Source of the DNA: Perna viridis
Lineage: Eukaryota
Assembly: GCA_037379345.1 (NCBI GenBank)
Contig: CM074513.1
Span: 53,981,195 to 54,045,194 of the forward strand
Length of the DNA: 64,000 bases
Direction of reading: 5' to 3'
Below the pieces are notes generated by a model. That model was not told where the DNA came from. It ran no database searches and worked only from the letters and a program-made list of their open reading frames with translations. Position numbers and translations under genes: made by a program. This document shows, piece after piece, positions 47,027 to 61,200 of the stretch; the stretch's first letter is position 1; every line of letters starts with the position of its first letter.

Positions 47027-49219
47027 GTAGGATTAATGTCAATGTTCAGTATATTTCTCTTAGTTTTTTGTCCTTTTTTTTAACTTTATATTTGATAAAA
47101 CAGATTGGAAACAACCCCTGAAATTAGTGACTCGAAGTGTACTTATGCTGATATGGAATTATTTACATTATAAAACAAAGAAAGTTTTGCATGTTAGCAA
47201 AATGCAATATTTATAATTTATAAAGCATTTTTTTCTAAAGAAGGTACATAATTATTTTTATCAGCGACCTTTAAAAAATGTGTTTTATTTGGGTTCCTAA
47301 CTTTTGAAATAATTAGATAGATAAAGTCTGTTGGTTTCCTCATTGTTTGTTGAAGACCAAAGGGTAGCCTTGTGCTGATATTTTCATTCTGGTGGGGTTG
47401 TTGTCTCTTTCATATTCACCATACTTATTCTCGTTATATATTGAATTGCTTTTGCAAAAACTTGACAAAATCACATAAATATTCCTACTTTATAACATTA
47501 AAAAAAAACACCATGTGAGGGGGCCCCCAATTTTGAAGGTTGTTCCTAATCTTTTTAAGAGTAACAAACAAAAACGACCAAATTATTCTCATGCAGTAGA
47601 CTAGACAACAAATGTCTGTTAACTGGATAAAACCTTCAGGCACGAGACTTGAAATGCAGTATTACAACTAAAAGAACACTAGATACTTTAATAGGAAATA
47701 CACACAATATACTGTACAATGTATACATGTACAAAATGTATATACAATGTAGACTATGATAAGAGTAACATACATGTACAATTTTTTTTGTACATCTTAA
47801 ATGCACCTTTTTATGTACGTGTAAAAATGTCACAACTTATGAATTTGGTTAGCGGAATTTGAAAATTACACCTTTGTAGATGCTTAGAATTAATACACTT
47901 AAATGATATTTATGCTGAAAATTCTTTTGCACTATGAAAAAAATGAAGAAAAAAACTCCAAAATGATGGGCATACATTGTATATTTACATTTGTAAATGT
48001 ACAAATACATGAATGGTGTATGTACATTCACATTGTACTGTATACATGGAGCAAAGGTATTTTGGATTTTACAGGGTGTATATTCATCAAAAACAATCCA
48101 AAGCTTGTAAGTCTGGTACATTTGCATGCAGTACATGTAACAGATTTTGGTTTTCTATTAGACACTTGCACTAGTATGCCAAGCTTTTATCGAAAGCAAC
48201 ATGAAAAAATATTCATCACCATATTCCAAAATAACACTTTTCAGTTAAATTATTGTAAAGAGATTAAGTGATCTTGAATTAGGAAAAAATCTAAGTTCTC
48301 ATGTTCTGTGTCAGTTAATATTGAATGAGAAACACTTTACTTGAAAAACTTTTAACATAGATTGCATTAGTAGAATGGGGAACATTTTCAAAGCCCCACA
48401 AAATTTGCTTTTATTTCTGATTTATTTCCGATTCAGGAGCAATTACACAATGGTACACAATGTTCTTTTTTCTTTAGGCCACATCAAATTATTTTGTAGA
48501 TTCTCATCCACCAGCAACTAAAAAAATGGAGCAGGTGGGAGGATTTTATTTTTTTTGTTTTTCCAAAATTTGTGAAATCTTGTTCCCACTGATGAATTTG
48601 TTAAAGAAATCCTGGAAATGTGTACTTTCGGTTATGTTTGTTTATTTCTCTAATTCCCCTTATAATCCGACTAACAATGAAAACCATCCTAAGATCTGCC
48701 AAAAAATATCAAGATATTCTGTAAAGTTTACAGTGTAAACATACACCATGTTACTCGTTCTTTTATAAGTAGAGTCTTGATGGAAACGGATATGAAAGAA
48801 ATAAAAAAAATTTGAACCAATGCAAAAAAATAAAAAAATTGGGGCAGGCCATTTTGGGTAGGGGCAAGCGGGGAAGAGAACATGTTACCAGCATTAGGTG
48901 CCATCAGGATAATCATACCAGTATGTATCATTCTTTTTACTTTTACTCATTTTGGTAGGTTATTTAACTTATTTTGTTTGACCTGCTTTACTGTGACATC
49001 ATTAAGTGTAAGTTTTTGTAAGAATCAGGCAAAATGGGGAAAAAAAAAACAGAAACATGCATGTCAAAAATCCCACCGATCTGACCATATAATTTCACTC
49101 AAGGATGCTTTCTCTATTTGAAAAAACAATGCATCACTGGATTTGCTCAGAAATTTTTCAATAGAATGTTAGATAAATGAGGTTTTGACATAGTTATCTG
49201 GCGGTCCTTGAAATGTTCA

Positions 49220-50325
49220 CAGACCCATCGAAACTTTTTTAAGCACATCTGACATTCGGTCAGACACAAGGTGATGACTTGTCTGACCGAACAACAATTT
49301 GTCTGACTGAAAAAACTCTGAACAATTTATCGACACGCTAACATTTTTGATGGGGGGTGGGAATCTCCAAGTACATTTTATTATCAAGCTGATTTTAAAA
49401 CTACTGGGTATGGGCTCTTGAATTTGTTAATTTGTCACCATTATTCATTTTGGCTAGAGTGTATCTGATGAGTCTTCATAAACGAAACATGTGTACTTTG
49501 TTTTGAGTTCTTTGTATTATATATTGTTGATTTTTTAAATTTGAAATAAAGTATTGTTATTAAATTATAAAATCTATTCTCAATCTCTGGCATAAAACAT
49601 AATCATTTCAAAATTCAACATTTCATCTTGATAGTCAAAACATTCACTGTCTTCATAATCATCATCATTGTCACAAAGGCTCTCCACAATGTTAAGTGTT
49701 GAGTTAACTTCAATTTGTACATTATCAATATCATTCTTTTCCTCATCAAGTATTTCAATATCTGCATCATTAGTCATTATAACATCAACAGTATTTTGTG
49801 TTTCATTTTCAGTTTCCAAATTGGTATTAATAACAGGCTCTTTGGATTGATTTTGGGTTTCATTTACAGTTCGACCCAACAAAATTTCAAATGAAAATTT
49901 GTTTTATCAGATGTTTAATTATTAATCTTTATCAATTTCGATGTAAAAGAAATATACTTTATTATTTTTTTCATTATTATTTTGACAATATAATGACCAC
50001 ATGTTTCACATGTAAACGAGTAGCGAGACAACGGAAGGGACGATATATCAAAGGACGAAATGACGTGTAGCGAATGAACCAGAAGTTACATATTATTGTT
50101 TACAATCAAATTGATTGACTATCTCGCTAGACTGTAGACTAATTCACGTAATTATTAAAACGTTCTAGTTTTATTATTCACAAAAACCACTTCAGTTTTG
50201 AGAAAATCTTCTTTAACGTAAGAAAAAAACATCGGACACCCGGGCCGACAAGCAACGTGTATTTACCGGACCCGTGACAATTTTATCGGACAGGTCCAAC
50301 GGTCCGGCAGGTTTCGATGGGTCTG
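49220..50325. mobile_element. Internally deleted hAT-like DNA transposon
   Basis: 15-bp TIR CAGACCCATCGAAAC, 6-bp direct repeat TGTTCA, subterminal cggac repeats, acidic ORF remnant 49580-49882. Confidence 0.75.
49455..49497 (+). ncRNA. Decayed minimal (Penelope-type) hammerhead ribozyme motif
   Basis: CTGATGA-GTC-TTCATA-AAC-GAAA-CATGTG-TA; core boxes intact, stems II and III mutated. Confidence 0.45.
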
Positions 50326-53274
50326 TGTTCATTTTCAGTGCATTTCAATGAAATTAGAACTCAATTTACCATAATGATATTCAAAATCTTCCCTTTTTTT
50401 CCTTGATTCTGATTCAAATTGGTGTTTTTTTTTATACCATGCTTCACCCACTCCATTACCTGAAGCGATCAATGCAATTCTAATACATGTAGTTGGGATC
50501 TGCCATCAGTCACCAATCAGTTTCTGATCAGTCACTATACTTACTATACTTTTTACTATACATGTACAATGTTCTTCCATTTAACTTGGAATGGCAATAG
50601 TGCACATTGCCATAGTGCAACTCTTTTCTCCAATTCGTAACAGCGAATTTCAACCAAATTGAATGTCAGGTAGCACTGCAAAGCATGGTCCCAGAAGGAC
50701 ACTGTCTACATGTATATTATTATGAGTTGGGATTTTTCCTTTTCGGAAAACATGTTGGGGTAGTCTTGTAATAAATTTGTACATGTAGCTAAGTTTACCT
50801 TTAGTGACTTTAGTTACATGATTGATCTGTTATAGTGTAGTAAATACAAATTCATTTTGTTGTTGCTGTTGATACCCGTTCATAGGACATTGTTGATAGG
50901 ATACATGTAGTGAATAATATACTGAAATATGTGTTCATGTACAGACTACTCTTGCCTCGTTTGTATGTATGTACATGTACATGTAGTTGTGATGAATTAA
51001 TTATCAAATATATTTGTATAACATTACACCTACATTTACTAAATTTTGCAAACAGGAATATTAAAGTTACTTTTGTACATGTGGTTAATTATAAATTCTG
51101 AAATTTGTCTAGCTATTTGTACTTGCTTTATTTCAAGCTGTCTCCAGTAGGACATATTTACTCGCTATTCTCCTGTTGGACTACAATTATGTTAAGTATC
51201 TTAATAAAACAAAGTGCTGACAGAAACAAACATACCACATGTAATGTATAAATCAACTAATTTATTCAGCATCATATACCTTGATTAGAATTTCTATTAT
51301 TTCTTTGATGTTCTCAAACATACATGTACTTGTAGAAGTCCTACATTGATGAACAGGTTTTGTAATTGTTTAGCTCATAATTAATGTTTATCACATTCAT
51401 AGTGATAGCATTCTGTCTCCCCCATGTAGATTCAGCAGAGGATCAAGTACAAGATCTAAAAACAAATTTCTAATTGAGGATATCCCAAGTTAGTGTGGCA
51501 GCTTGAAATACTCTTTATATGTATTGTTTTCTTTATAATAATGGCCCAGAAGTTTGAATTATGTATTTCGTTCTTTCTTATATTTTGTACTTACATAATG
51601 TAGCTTCTTTAAATTGGTAAATTTTATACAAAACAAAGAAACTTAATGTTTTAATTTTGAGAACTTAGACATACAGATTTTCAAAAGTGCAAGAAAAAAA
51701 GGAGAATTTAAAAAAAAAGAAGACTTAAATCAATGGACAGAAATCTTAAAAAATAGTTTCTCTTCTAAGAATGCTAATTTCACCGGTAATATGCCTGAAC
51801 ATTTGATTTCAAATCTTTGGACTTCAGATATTTTCTAATTCCTTTGTTCACTCTGTCTAACACTTCAATTATTTATTGACAATTGCATCAAGGATGTGAT
51901 CATAGGATAAAAACATAGCACATGTTAAAACACAGGCATTGGTAAATTTGTAGAAAAATTCAGGACAGAAAAAAAATCAATGAATTTGTTCCATCCATAA
52001 CTAACATTTCCAGATGTTGGCATATAAATTATCGATTAACTGTGTTGGTTCTTTGTGTAATTTGATTTGTGATATGGAAATAAGGGTAAAAATATTGGTT
52101 ACTGTCTTTTTCATTCTGCTTTGTTCAGTCAGTAATATTGCTATTGATCTCCACATTTCTAGAATGCTGAATCAACAAATCTTCTTAAATTATAACATTA
52201 AATCTATAATAGAAAGCAATTGACTAATTAGTTCTGTACATTAAAACTTTCATCTCTGTATTTTGTTTTATCATTATTATTTTGATTCTAATACTTCCCA
52301 AGCACCAATACTTAATTTGAAGTTAGAATTCTGTATGTTTTTTTTATAGGACAATGTTATAGGAAGACCTAGCATTTGTTGCCTTTAGATTATTTAATTG
52401 CATGTCCTTCTTGGTTATGTATTGATTTCCTATATGTGTTTTATTTCAAATTATGTATTTAGATCTTAACGGAGGACTTTCTTGAGTTCTCACACTGAAA
52501 AGAAAGAATATTATCTACTGAAAGATTCCCTAAGTACATGTATGGTCTAAGCAAATAAGATAATATGATTACTGAGATCCCTTTAGTAAACACCCTGTAT
52601 TGTTGTGAAAATTGTCTAATTTGACTTCGAAATTCAAAACTAACTACTCCATTTAAAGTTGATATAGCTATAAGCTGTTAAAGTTTCCATTGAAATTAAA
52701 ATGCTCAACGGCAGTTGCCGAAGTATTTAAAAGGTAATACACTGAATCTTATCTTTTCCTGCCTATTGTAGAACACGAGACATTGTTTATGTTGCTTTAC
52801 ACCCCTGACGTTTATTGAAAAGGTCACCTTAGTCAATTTTTTTTTATAGTTGTACATTAAACCTTTTTGCAAAGGTTCAGATTTTGAAAGCTCAGTAGTA
52901 ATCACTATATCAACTGCTCACAATGTAGACTTGTAGATGTGATGTACATTTACACATATTTTTTTTATCCCAATCCATAGAAATTTTAATTTGGGTTTTA
53001 GACCATAACTGTTATACATGTATAAGAAAACAGAATGCAAGTCTATTTGATTTGACAGTTATAGAGAAGATAATTCATCTGTGATCCTGGTCATACAGTT
53101 TTTGTAATGCTTTCTATTGTAACAACAAATATGAGTTAGATGAGACACAAATACTGTACAACATGGTCATCAATGCATTTCCAGTATGTGTACATATGGA
53201 CAAGTATTACTTGTACAGTGCATGCTTGCAATAATGGCCATTACTAATACCTAATGTTGTATTATATTTTACAG

Positions 53275-53373
53275 ATTATGCCAGAGTATTATTTATTCCG
53301 ACACAGAAAAGTAGCCAAAAGATCAGTTTATTCAAGTTCTACCCACCATAGAACTCTGTCTCAGGAAGGAAGT
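53275..53373 (+). CDS. FURIN: Furin-like coding exon 2 (prodomain)
   Basis: IMPEYYLFRHRKVAKRSVYSSSTHHRTLSQEGS with internal RxxxKR site; tttacag acceptor, gtaagt donor. Confidence 0.88.
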
Positions 53374-54432
53374 GTAAGTTCATTTTTCATTGTTGAGTAC
53401 AGTTTTGGGTAGTTTTTTTAACCCCCTTAAAATATAAATGATTGTCTTGTAACTATACATTAAATAGCTACTAAGATGTATACGATAAAAAATACACTGT
53501 ATAATGTAAGTTTGTATATTTTTTGTTAGTCTTCGAACAATTTTTGTTTATTCCTTCATCAGAATTTGATTTCTATTCTTTATTTGTTTCTGATGTAGCT
53601 GTTCTTATAGACCTCATTGGTGGACCTTTTGTAGAATTATGATTTTTCCAGTTGAGTGCATATTTAATAATTTGATGGATGGTGGTACACTATTCTTTTC
53701 TGTAATCCATCCGTGAATGCCACACACCAGTAATACTTTACTTAATCCACCCTGAGTCTTTAAACACCTTTTATTGGTAATAAAGACTTGTCAAATAACT
53801 ATGATTTATTCATCATATTTATTATTAATGTAATATGTTAAAAATGAAATAAGATATTATTATTTTTTTAGGAGTTTATAGGCTAGTAAACATGTACAGC
53901 ATCTAAAGATTTACTTTTATAAAGAAGTTAACTAATACATGTACAAATCTTTGTTGGGGTTTTTTGTCTGCTATTAAACTGTTACAGAACAGACATGCAA
54001 CATACTTTATTTATCTTTTGATTTTGTAATTTCAGTTGAGAACTATTTTGTTTAAGTAGACTTTTTTGACTGTTTGTTTCAAGAAACTCAAACCTTACTT
54101 GGTACAAATGTACTACTAATTAAATTAGCAAGTGAAATTGCTATACTAAAAGTAAAAGGTATAAAAATGGATTTCAATTTTGTAGCTGTCAATTTATTTG
54201 GACCACATAAGTTGTAATAAGATGAATGAATAGAAAAAAAATTACATATGCTGTTTAAAAAGACCCCATTACAAAATATCATGTGCCAATTAATCTGTCA
54301 ATGTCAAAATAGGCAGTGACTGAAAATTTATAAAATTTAATTACAGCGAAATTGTGCTATGTCATTTATTCATTGTTGTTAAAGGTTAGAATGATTGAGT
54401 GAAATTTCTTATCATGCAGTTTTGAGTTTATA

Positions 54433-54992
54433 TTCTGCACTCTGTATTTGTACACTATACAGCTGTTTTCCAACCTTTAATTGTACATTATACAGCTCTT
54501 TTTCATCCTGTATTTGTACACTATACAGATCTTTTTCATCCTGTATTTGTACACTTTACAGCTCTTTTCCACCCTTTAATTGTACATTATACAGCTCTTT
54601 TTCATCCTGTATTTGTACACTTTACAGCTCTTTTCCACCCTTTAATTGTACACTATACAGCTCTTTTTCATCCTGTATTTGTACACTATACAGCTCTTTT
54701 TCATCCTGTATTTGTACACTTTACAGCTCTTTTCCACCCTTTAATTGTACATTATACAGCTCTTTTTCATCCTGTATTTGTACACTTTACAGCTCTTTTC
54801 CACCCTTTAATTGTACACTATACAGCTCTTTTTCATCCTGTATTTGTACACTATACAGCTGTTTTCCACCCTTTAATTGTACATTATACAGCTCTTTTTC
54901 ATCCTGTATTTGTACACTATACAGCTCTTTTTCATCATGTATTTGTACACTATACAGCCGTTTTCCAACCTGTATTTATACACTATACAGCT
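54433..54992. repeat. 33-bp minisatellite, ~17 copies, two interleaved variants
   Basis: Unit tgtacactatacagctcttttt(catcctgtatt / caccctttaat); gives the spurious 214-aa ORF. Confidence 0.95.
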
Positions 54993-55617
54993 GGAGTGGA
55001 CTGAAGATTTTCCATTTACAGTGGTTGCTAGATATGTGATAACATTGTCATAAATTGAACCAAAATTTAAGAATTTTCGTATCCTGCATGATTTCTTACA
55101 TTATAAGGACATGTGCTTCCCCATTGCTGGATCAATGAAGATTCATACTATCACCTTAAATGATTGTGTATTTGTAAAATTTCATTGTAAGAGTAACCAG
55201 ACCAGATCATTAGGCAGGTGGATGTGCAGGTTGGCAGGTGTAGAATTTTAACTTTAAATGTTTCTTTATATTGGCACAATTTATAGATCTGATCGTTTAC
55301 CAGTACATCTTTTCATTAAGCATAGTTAAATACAAACATGACCATCTGTTGATTGTCAACACTGTATACTCTTATATAATGTTATCTCATTAACTCAGAC
55401 ATTCTCTTCCCTTCTAATCACTGTTTACCCAGGATGATTGAAGAATTTTAGTAGAATATCTTGCACCTTCTGCCAACTATAGTTGACTATAAAAATATTA
55501 CACAAATACACATTATCATCAAAATCAGTGATATTAAATAGGTTCTTTTCATACTCTATACATTGGATTTTTACTTCCATATTGTTTGGAAATTCACTAA
55601 AATATTGGACTTTACAA

Positions 55618-56168
55618 TTTTTATACGCCCATCTAAGACGGGACGTATTATGGTATACCATTGTCCGTCCATCGTCCACACTTCGGACAATAACTCAAAA
55701 ATTCTTTCACCAATTTTATGAAACTTTGGTGAATTATTTGTATTTATTGACGTAAGGTCCTTTTCGATTTTTATAAATTTCAGATTTTTCTTTTCCATGT
55801 TGTGAATTTTTTTACTTAAAAAAGGGGGATTTTCAAATTTTTGGACAATAACCCAAAAACACTTTCACCTACTTTTATGTTATGAAGTTTTACTCTCTTA
55901 AAAAGGGCGGAAATGGCCAAGGAAATTTTATTCGTTGAAAAATTGTCAAAAACGGACCGTTTATTATGATGATTGACTAATGGATATAAAAGGTACTTCG
56001 TAACCTTGTCAGAAAAGTGTGTTTTGAACAAGATAGGAATGTATGGGTGAAAAATCAAACTTAGTTAAACTTGAGGTAGCCTTGATAGTGCGAAATTTTT
56101 TGTGCATTTTTTATTTACTTTTTTTTGGGGGAAAAGGGTATTTGACAGGGCTCACAGTATTTCTAGTT
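55618..56168 (+). mobile_element. HINE-like element in a furin intron
   Basis: TTTTTATACGCCC..GACGGGACGTAT 5' hairpin, gtccgtccatc microsatellite, internal caataac repeats, ctagtt end. Confidence 0.65.
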
Positions 56169-58168
56169 GATCATGTAAATTCATTAAAAGCATAAGGACA
56201 AGTTAACAGGGCAACGGGCATATCAAGGGCTTAAAGCGCAGCTCTTTACTGGATATATACTCATACTCCTGTACATGAACCAAATAATAAACTTTTATTT
56301 ACTTCATACATGTAGGTCTCATCATTCTTGATCTAGTTCTGGTAAGAGGTAGCTGTAAATTCTAGGGGATATATGACACATTCACTCAGCCAAAATGGAC
56401 CAATGTGATAGATTTCACTTGGACAGCCAATCTTACAAAGTTCTAATGCTGGTGCTATATTCTTATGGATCTGTATAAGTCTCTGTTGCTCGTCATCTTC
56501 TTCACCTGTCTTTGAACATTTCTTAGTCTCTGTTGCTCTTGTCACCTTTTTCATCTGTCCTTGAACACTTCTTATTACATGTAAACATATACAAAAAGGA
56601 TACCTGACCAGTTCAGATACTCAAATAGACTTGTTCGTCAGAAATCATAAACACTATGCTGTATCGCTATGGGTTATGGGGATGAGTAAAGTTATTATCT
56701 ATTTCACTTTTGTACTGATTATCAATACTATTTGAAAAATATCTGACATAACATACAGTAACTGAGATATAATTAACCATTTCCTCCCTTGTCTTATCTG
56801 CTCCCATGATATATAACTGATTTTTCTCATCTATAAATTTCATCAGAATTTTTAGATTCAGAATTGAGAAATAAACGATAAGATTTTTATAGAACTTAAT
56901 CTACATTTGAAGGGAGTTTATAGGTGTGAAGTTAGAAATAGAGCCCAACCATCTAAGTTGGTTTGGAAGATAAAGTTCTCTTTTTGATTAGTTTTGTGTT
57001 TATAATCTTTTGTAGTTAAAACTGCAAAAAATCAAAAGGAAACAATTTGAACCTATTAAACAATGGAGAGTCTCTGTTGGATGAGTGAACACATTTGTAG
57101 TTTCTGATGTATTGTGTATTTAGGACTCTTTGTATGGATTTTTGAAGTGATCTCTGTTGTAAATGTTAGATTTTGGTTTGATAGGCTTTGTGATGTGATG
57201 TGTGTTATTTTAATTAGATAGTCCATTAACTCTGTATTCTTGTTTTCTCTCTGTGACATGATTGTCCCATTGAGGTTGCTCGTTGATTTTTGATTATGAA
57301 CATTTATGATAGTTTTGTGATTGAACATCCAGTGAATGTCTGAAATGTTTACATAGGCAATTGAGTAATATTCTGTTTTATTATCTCTTCTGATAAGACT
57401 CTAGCTGTTGGCATTGGTTGGCATTGGTAAATTAATATGCCAACTGTAGACCTATACTTATCTTTACATCTTGTGTCATTCTACCTTGGGCCAGTTAAAT
57501 AAGAGCCTTTGGTACTCCATTAATCCATTGGCTAACATCTTGTGCTATGATGTCCTATCACTAGTGTACATGTCAAAGGTTGTGTGTCTATCTCTCAGTA
57601 TCATTATATTTCTTGAGTATAATTTCCAAATGGAATCTTGATAAGGCAAAGAAACAGAGGAAATGAAAAAGAAAGAATGTTTATGAAGCTTTTAAAATGA
57701 ATGGCCATTATGGGATTCATTTGTTTTGTTGGTATGAACTTCATTCTGTATCAGTAGTACAATAGATTGATATTTGGATATATAATGTAGGTGGTCTAAG
57801 CCACCAAATTTGTCTGAATTAAATTAGGGTTGACATTTACTTCAATCAAATTCAAAGTAGTGCATTGTATTCCTTATCCTAAGGCTGATCAGTAATTGTT
57901 TTATTGACTAGTTAACTGTAAGTACCAACTAAATAAACAACATAGTGAAAAAAAGATTAGTTACACAATGTATTTTTCTAAATATTAGAATACTGTCTAT
58001 TAACTTAAAGTTAACAGAGATTTGTATTTCATCATGGTCTCCGATTATTGGACAACAGTTTTGCTATGTCTTGAAGCTAACATTTCTGATAGATCAGAGG
58101 TATTAATTTGGTTTAACATTGGAAAGTTTTAAACAAATAACAACTAGTTTTTAACATTTTCTCTTTAG

Positions 58169-58291
58169 GTACATTGGTTAGAACAGCAGGTTGTGAAAAA
58201 AAGAGTGAAAAGAGATCTGTATTATTCTGACTCCAATTCACCAAAGTCCATAGAATTCAATGATCCAAAATGGTCAAGGATGTGGTACTTG
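58169..58291 (+). CDS. FURIN: Furin-like coding exon 3 (RVKR autocleavage site and start of the mature enzyme)
   Basis: VHWLEQQVVKKRVKRDLYY...FNDPKWSRMWYL; ctttag acceptor, gtaagt donor. Catalytic exons lie beyond the window, so the paralogue (furin vs PC5/PACE4) is not certain. Confidence 0.88.
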
Positions 58292-61200
58292 GTAAGTTTC
58301 TGTTATTAAAATATAATTCAAAGGAAGTGATTAGGTTTATTTGTTGCCAGACATGGTTTTCAGTCTGTGCTATGATCTTTAGATAGTTGTAATTATGAAG
58401 TCCTCAGATTTTAATTTTGGTTTGAAGTTTGTAAATGAACTTTTTTGCTCTCTTGGTAAATAAAAGGAAGAAATGTGTATTAGTTTTTTGATGAAACTGC
58501 ACAGTTCAGTATTGTGGTATTATTTAATCCTTATAAAAACCACACACAATCAATGCAGTTTAGTAAGTATTGGGTTTGCCACTTTAGATGTTGAACATCC
58601 TATAGTAATTACTTTGTTCATAAAGTTGTACCTGTAACTAGAATACCAAGCATCATCTTCAAGACTAACGATATATATCAAGATAACCAGAATAGGTTTC
58701 AGACAGGCCTGCAGAAATGGGTCTGGGAAGTCATTATATAATGAAAGTAGCTTTTAAATTGAAATTATGTTGCCGTAACAAAGTTTTGTGACTTATATAT
58801 TATTGTTTTTGCTTTTTCTTCTTTTGAACGTAAATATGACCAAGGGATTACTCAGAGACTGTTTATTGATTCATACCAAACAGCTAAAAAATCAAGCATG
58901 CTGAGGGGGTGTGGATGCAATTTCGAAATTTCAAAATGGCCATTAAACCAAAAAAGAAAAAAAAAATCCATATAATTAGTGGAACTATTTAGTTGTATGA
59001 AAATAACTCAAATATCATTTCTTGACTTGCTTCCATCACAGTCATAAAGAATTTTTTTATAAGGATGCCATTTTTTTTCAAAATGTCCTATATAATCGGC
59101 AAAGTTTAAACATTGTTTGATTTTGATGAAAATAGATTTAAAGGGTAAATATTAATTTCTAAATTCAATGGTGGCTTCATTATTTGGCTGCATTTGACTA
59201 TTTGCAGGTTTTGGCGACAATTGTGTTTTGCTTGCAAACACAGCATCACTTGTTAAAATTGAATTTTGCAGCTCATAGACAAAGTAAAAAAAAATCAACA
59301 GGAATTATTTACAGTATCTATAGACTATATTCCTTAAACTCAATTACTTTTTTTTTAAAATGGGCAAGCGTTGTACCCTATTCTTGTTATCAGTGTGATG
59401 TCGCAGGAAATATTGTTGAAGTGGCCGCCATATTGTCAAGGTGTAGCAACACTATGTTTTGATAGGCCCTTTAAGCTATTGTCCCTTTTTGCAATGACTT
59501 TACAAACATAATAAATGTAAGTGCAGTGCCTGGTTGTAGGTTGTCATATTACCACTATTTAGTAGTGAGGTGAACCTTGCATCAGTTTAGCAGTTGGGAT
59601 TGACGTCCAAAACAATAAACATGAATATTAAGGGCAGGAATGTCTGCTACATTTATGTGCCTTTTCAAAGGCTTTGTCAGGGTCATGGTTTGCATGCCCT
59701 TTGTCAAGTTCATGGTATTTCTGTTACATTTGTGTGCCCTTTGTCGGGTCAGTGTGTCTGCTACATTGGTGTGCCCTTTATCAGCGATTTTGAAATAAAT
59801 ACACTGTATGTATGTTTTTCAGCTTCAGGTGTGTCTAGATTCATACTAAAATCTATGATCTAATTTTAAGTATGGAAATCATTGAGTATTCATTATCATT
59901 TGATATAGACCAAACTTTTGAAGAATATATGTATTGTGTTTAATCTAGTGCACACCATTGCAGCATTTTTGTAATTTTTGCCATTTGTGCACTATAAAAA
60001 TGGTTATCTAGGCCATTTGGACACACTGTAATGAATTTATTTAGTTTCAGAAAAGCCTTTGTCTGAGTAAGAGCCGTTAGATCCCTAAATGATTTTTTTG
60101 TGTGTCTAATTCCAAAGTCATTCAGTCTTTCAGAATTATGTCAAAGATCCCTTTAAATTTTGCTTTCGTGGGGAAGATAAAAATTACCTCAAAGTAAATC
60201 ACAGTCCAAAGGAGTGCAGCATGACGATATGACATAATGAATTGTTTATTCTTTGAGCATATAAACTAAAAAAAAAGTATTTTTATTGCTTTGTGTACAA
60301 ATTTCAAGACTTATTTCCTTGAAAGACCTTGTCAAATCTTCTGACTTTCATCATTCTGGTTTCGATTATATATGTATGGGATTGAATTTAAGATTTTTTT
60401 TCACTGGCTTTTAGCAAGCACTTGCTAAATCTAAGTTTCTAGTGTTATTTGTGAACTAACTTATGATACATATAGAATTCCATAAGCAAATTTTAGCTAA
60501 TGGAAATAATATCTACTAGCAAAATTGAATTTTAACTTGCATTTAGTTTTTCTCCTTAAATTTGATCCCTGGTTATTAAACTTTGACATTGTAGGGACAC
60601 TTACAGTTAAACAACTTCTTGCCAAAAGCTCACCATAGAAATATGTATTCGGTTCATTCTCTGGTTACATCAAATGTGTGGGCAGTCAAACCCTTGATAG
60701 GTATTGTCTTTTATAATGAAGAAACTTATTAACTAATTAGTTGCAAGGAGAGAGTCTTCCCTGTTGGTTAATTGGACTACAATGTAAGATAAATATTTAT
60801 GATCCAGATGTACTTGAGATTTGCATTATATTATGTATAAACATGAAAATATGATATCTTAATAGTAGTTGCTTGTTTTTTTTTATAATTCAAGAGGTAC
60901 TATACCTTTAGATAGTAGTTTGATTGGTAAAGGAATGATGCACCATTTTGTTAGGTTTCGACTACCATGATTTATTGTCAAATACCTTTTCATTTTCTTC
61001 ATCTAGACTGCTCTCTAACCATTTTTATGTGCACATACACCTTTAAGATACTCACTAAAATAATGAAAATATCCCAGTGTTCTTATTTTGAAAGATATAA
61101 TTATGCTTGTACCAGTAGCAAAATAATCCTAAGTTATGTCAGACATTTATATCCCAGCACTGAAGGAGAGGTACAGTGTATATTGTTTTACCTTTGTTTG

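Noticed and set aside
54395-55039. 214-aa Cys/Ser-rich ORF
   Set aside because: Translation of a 33-bp minisatellite inside a furin intron
59138-59474. Kolobok-like element (TTAA-AGGG...CCCT-TTAA)
   Set aside because: TIR match is limited to 4 bp and the left boundary is uncertain
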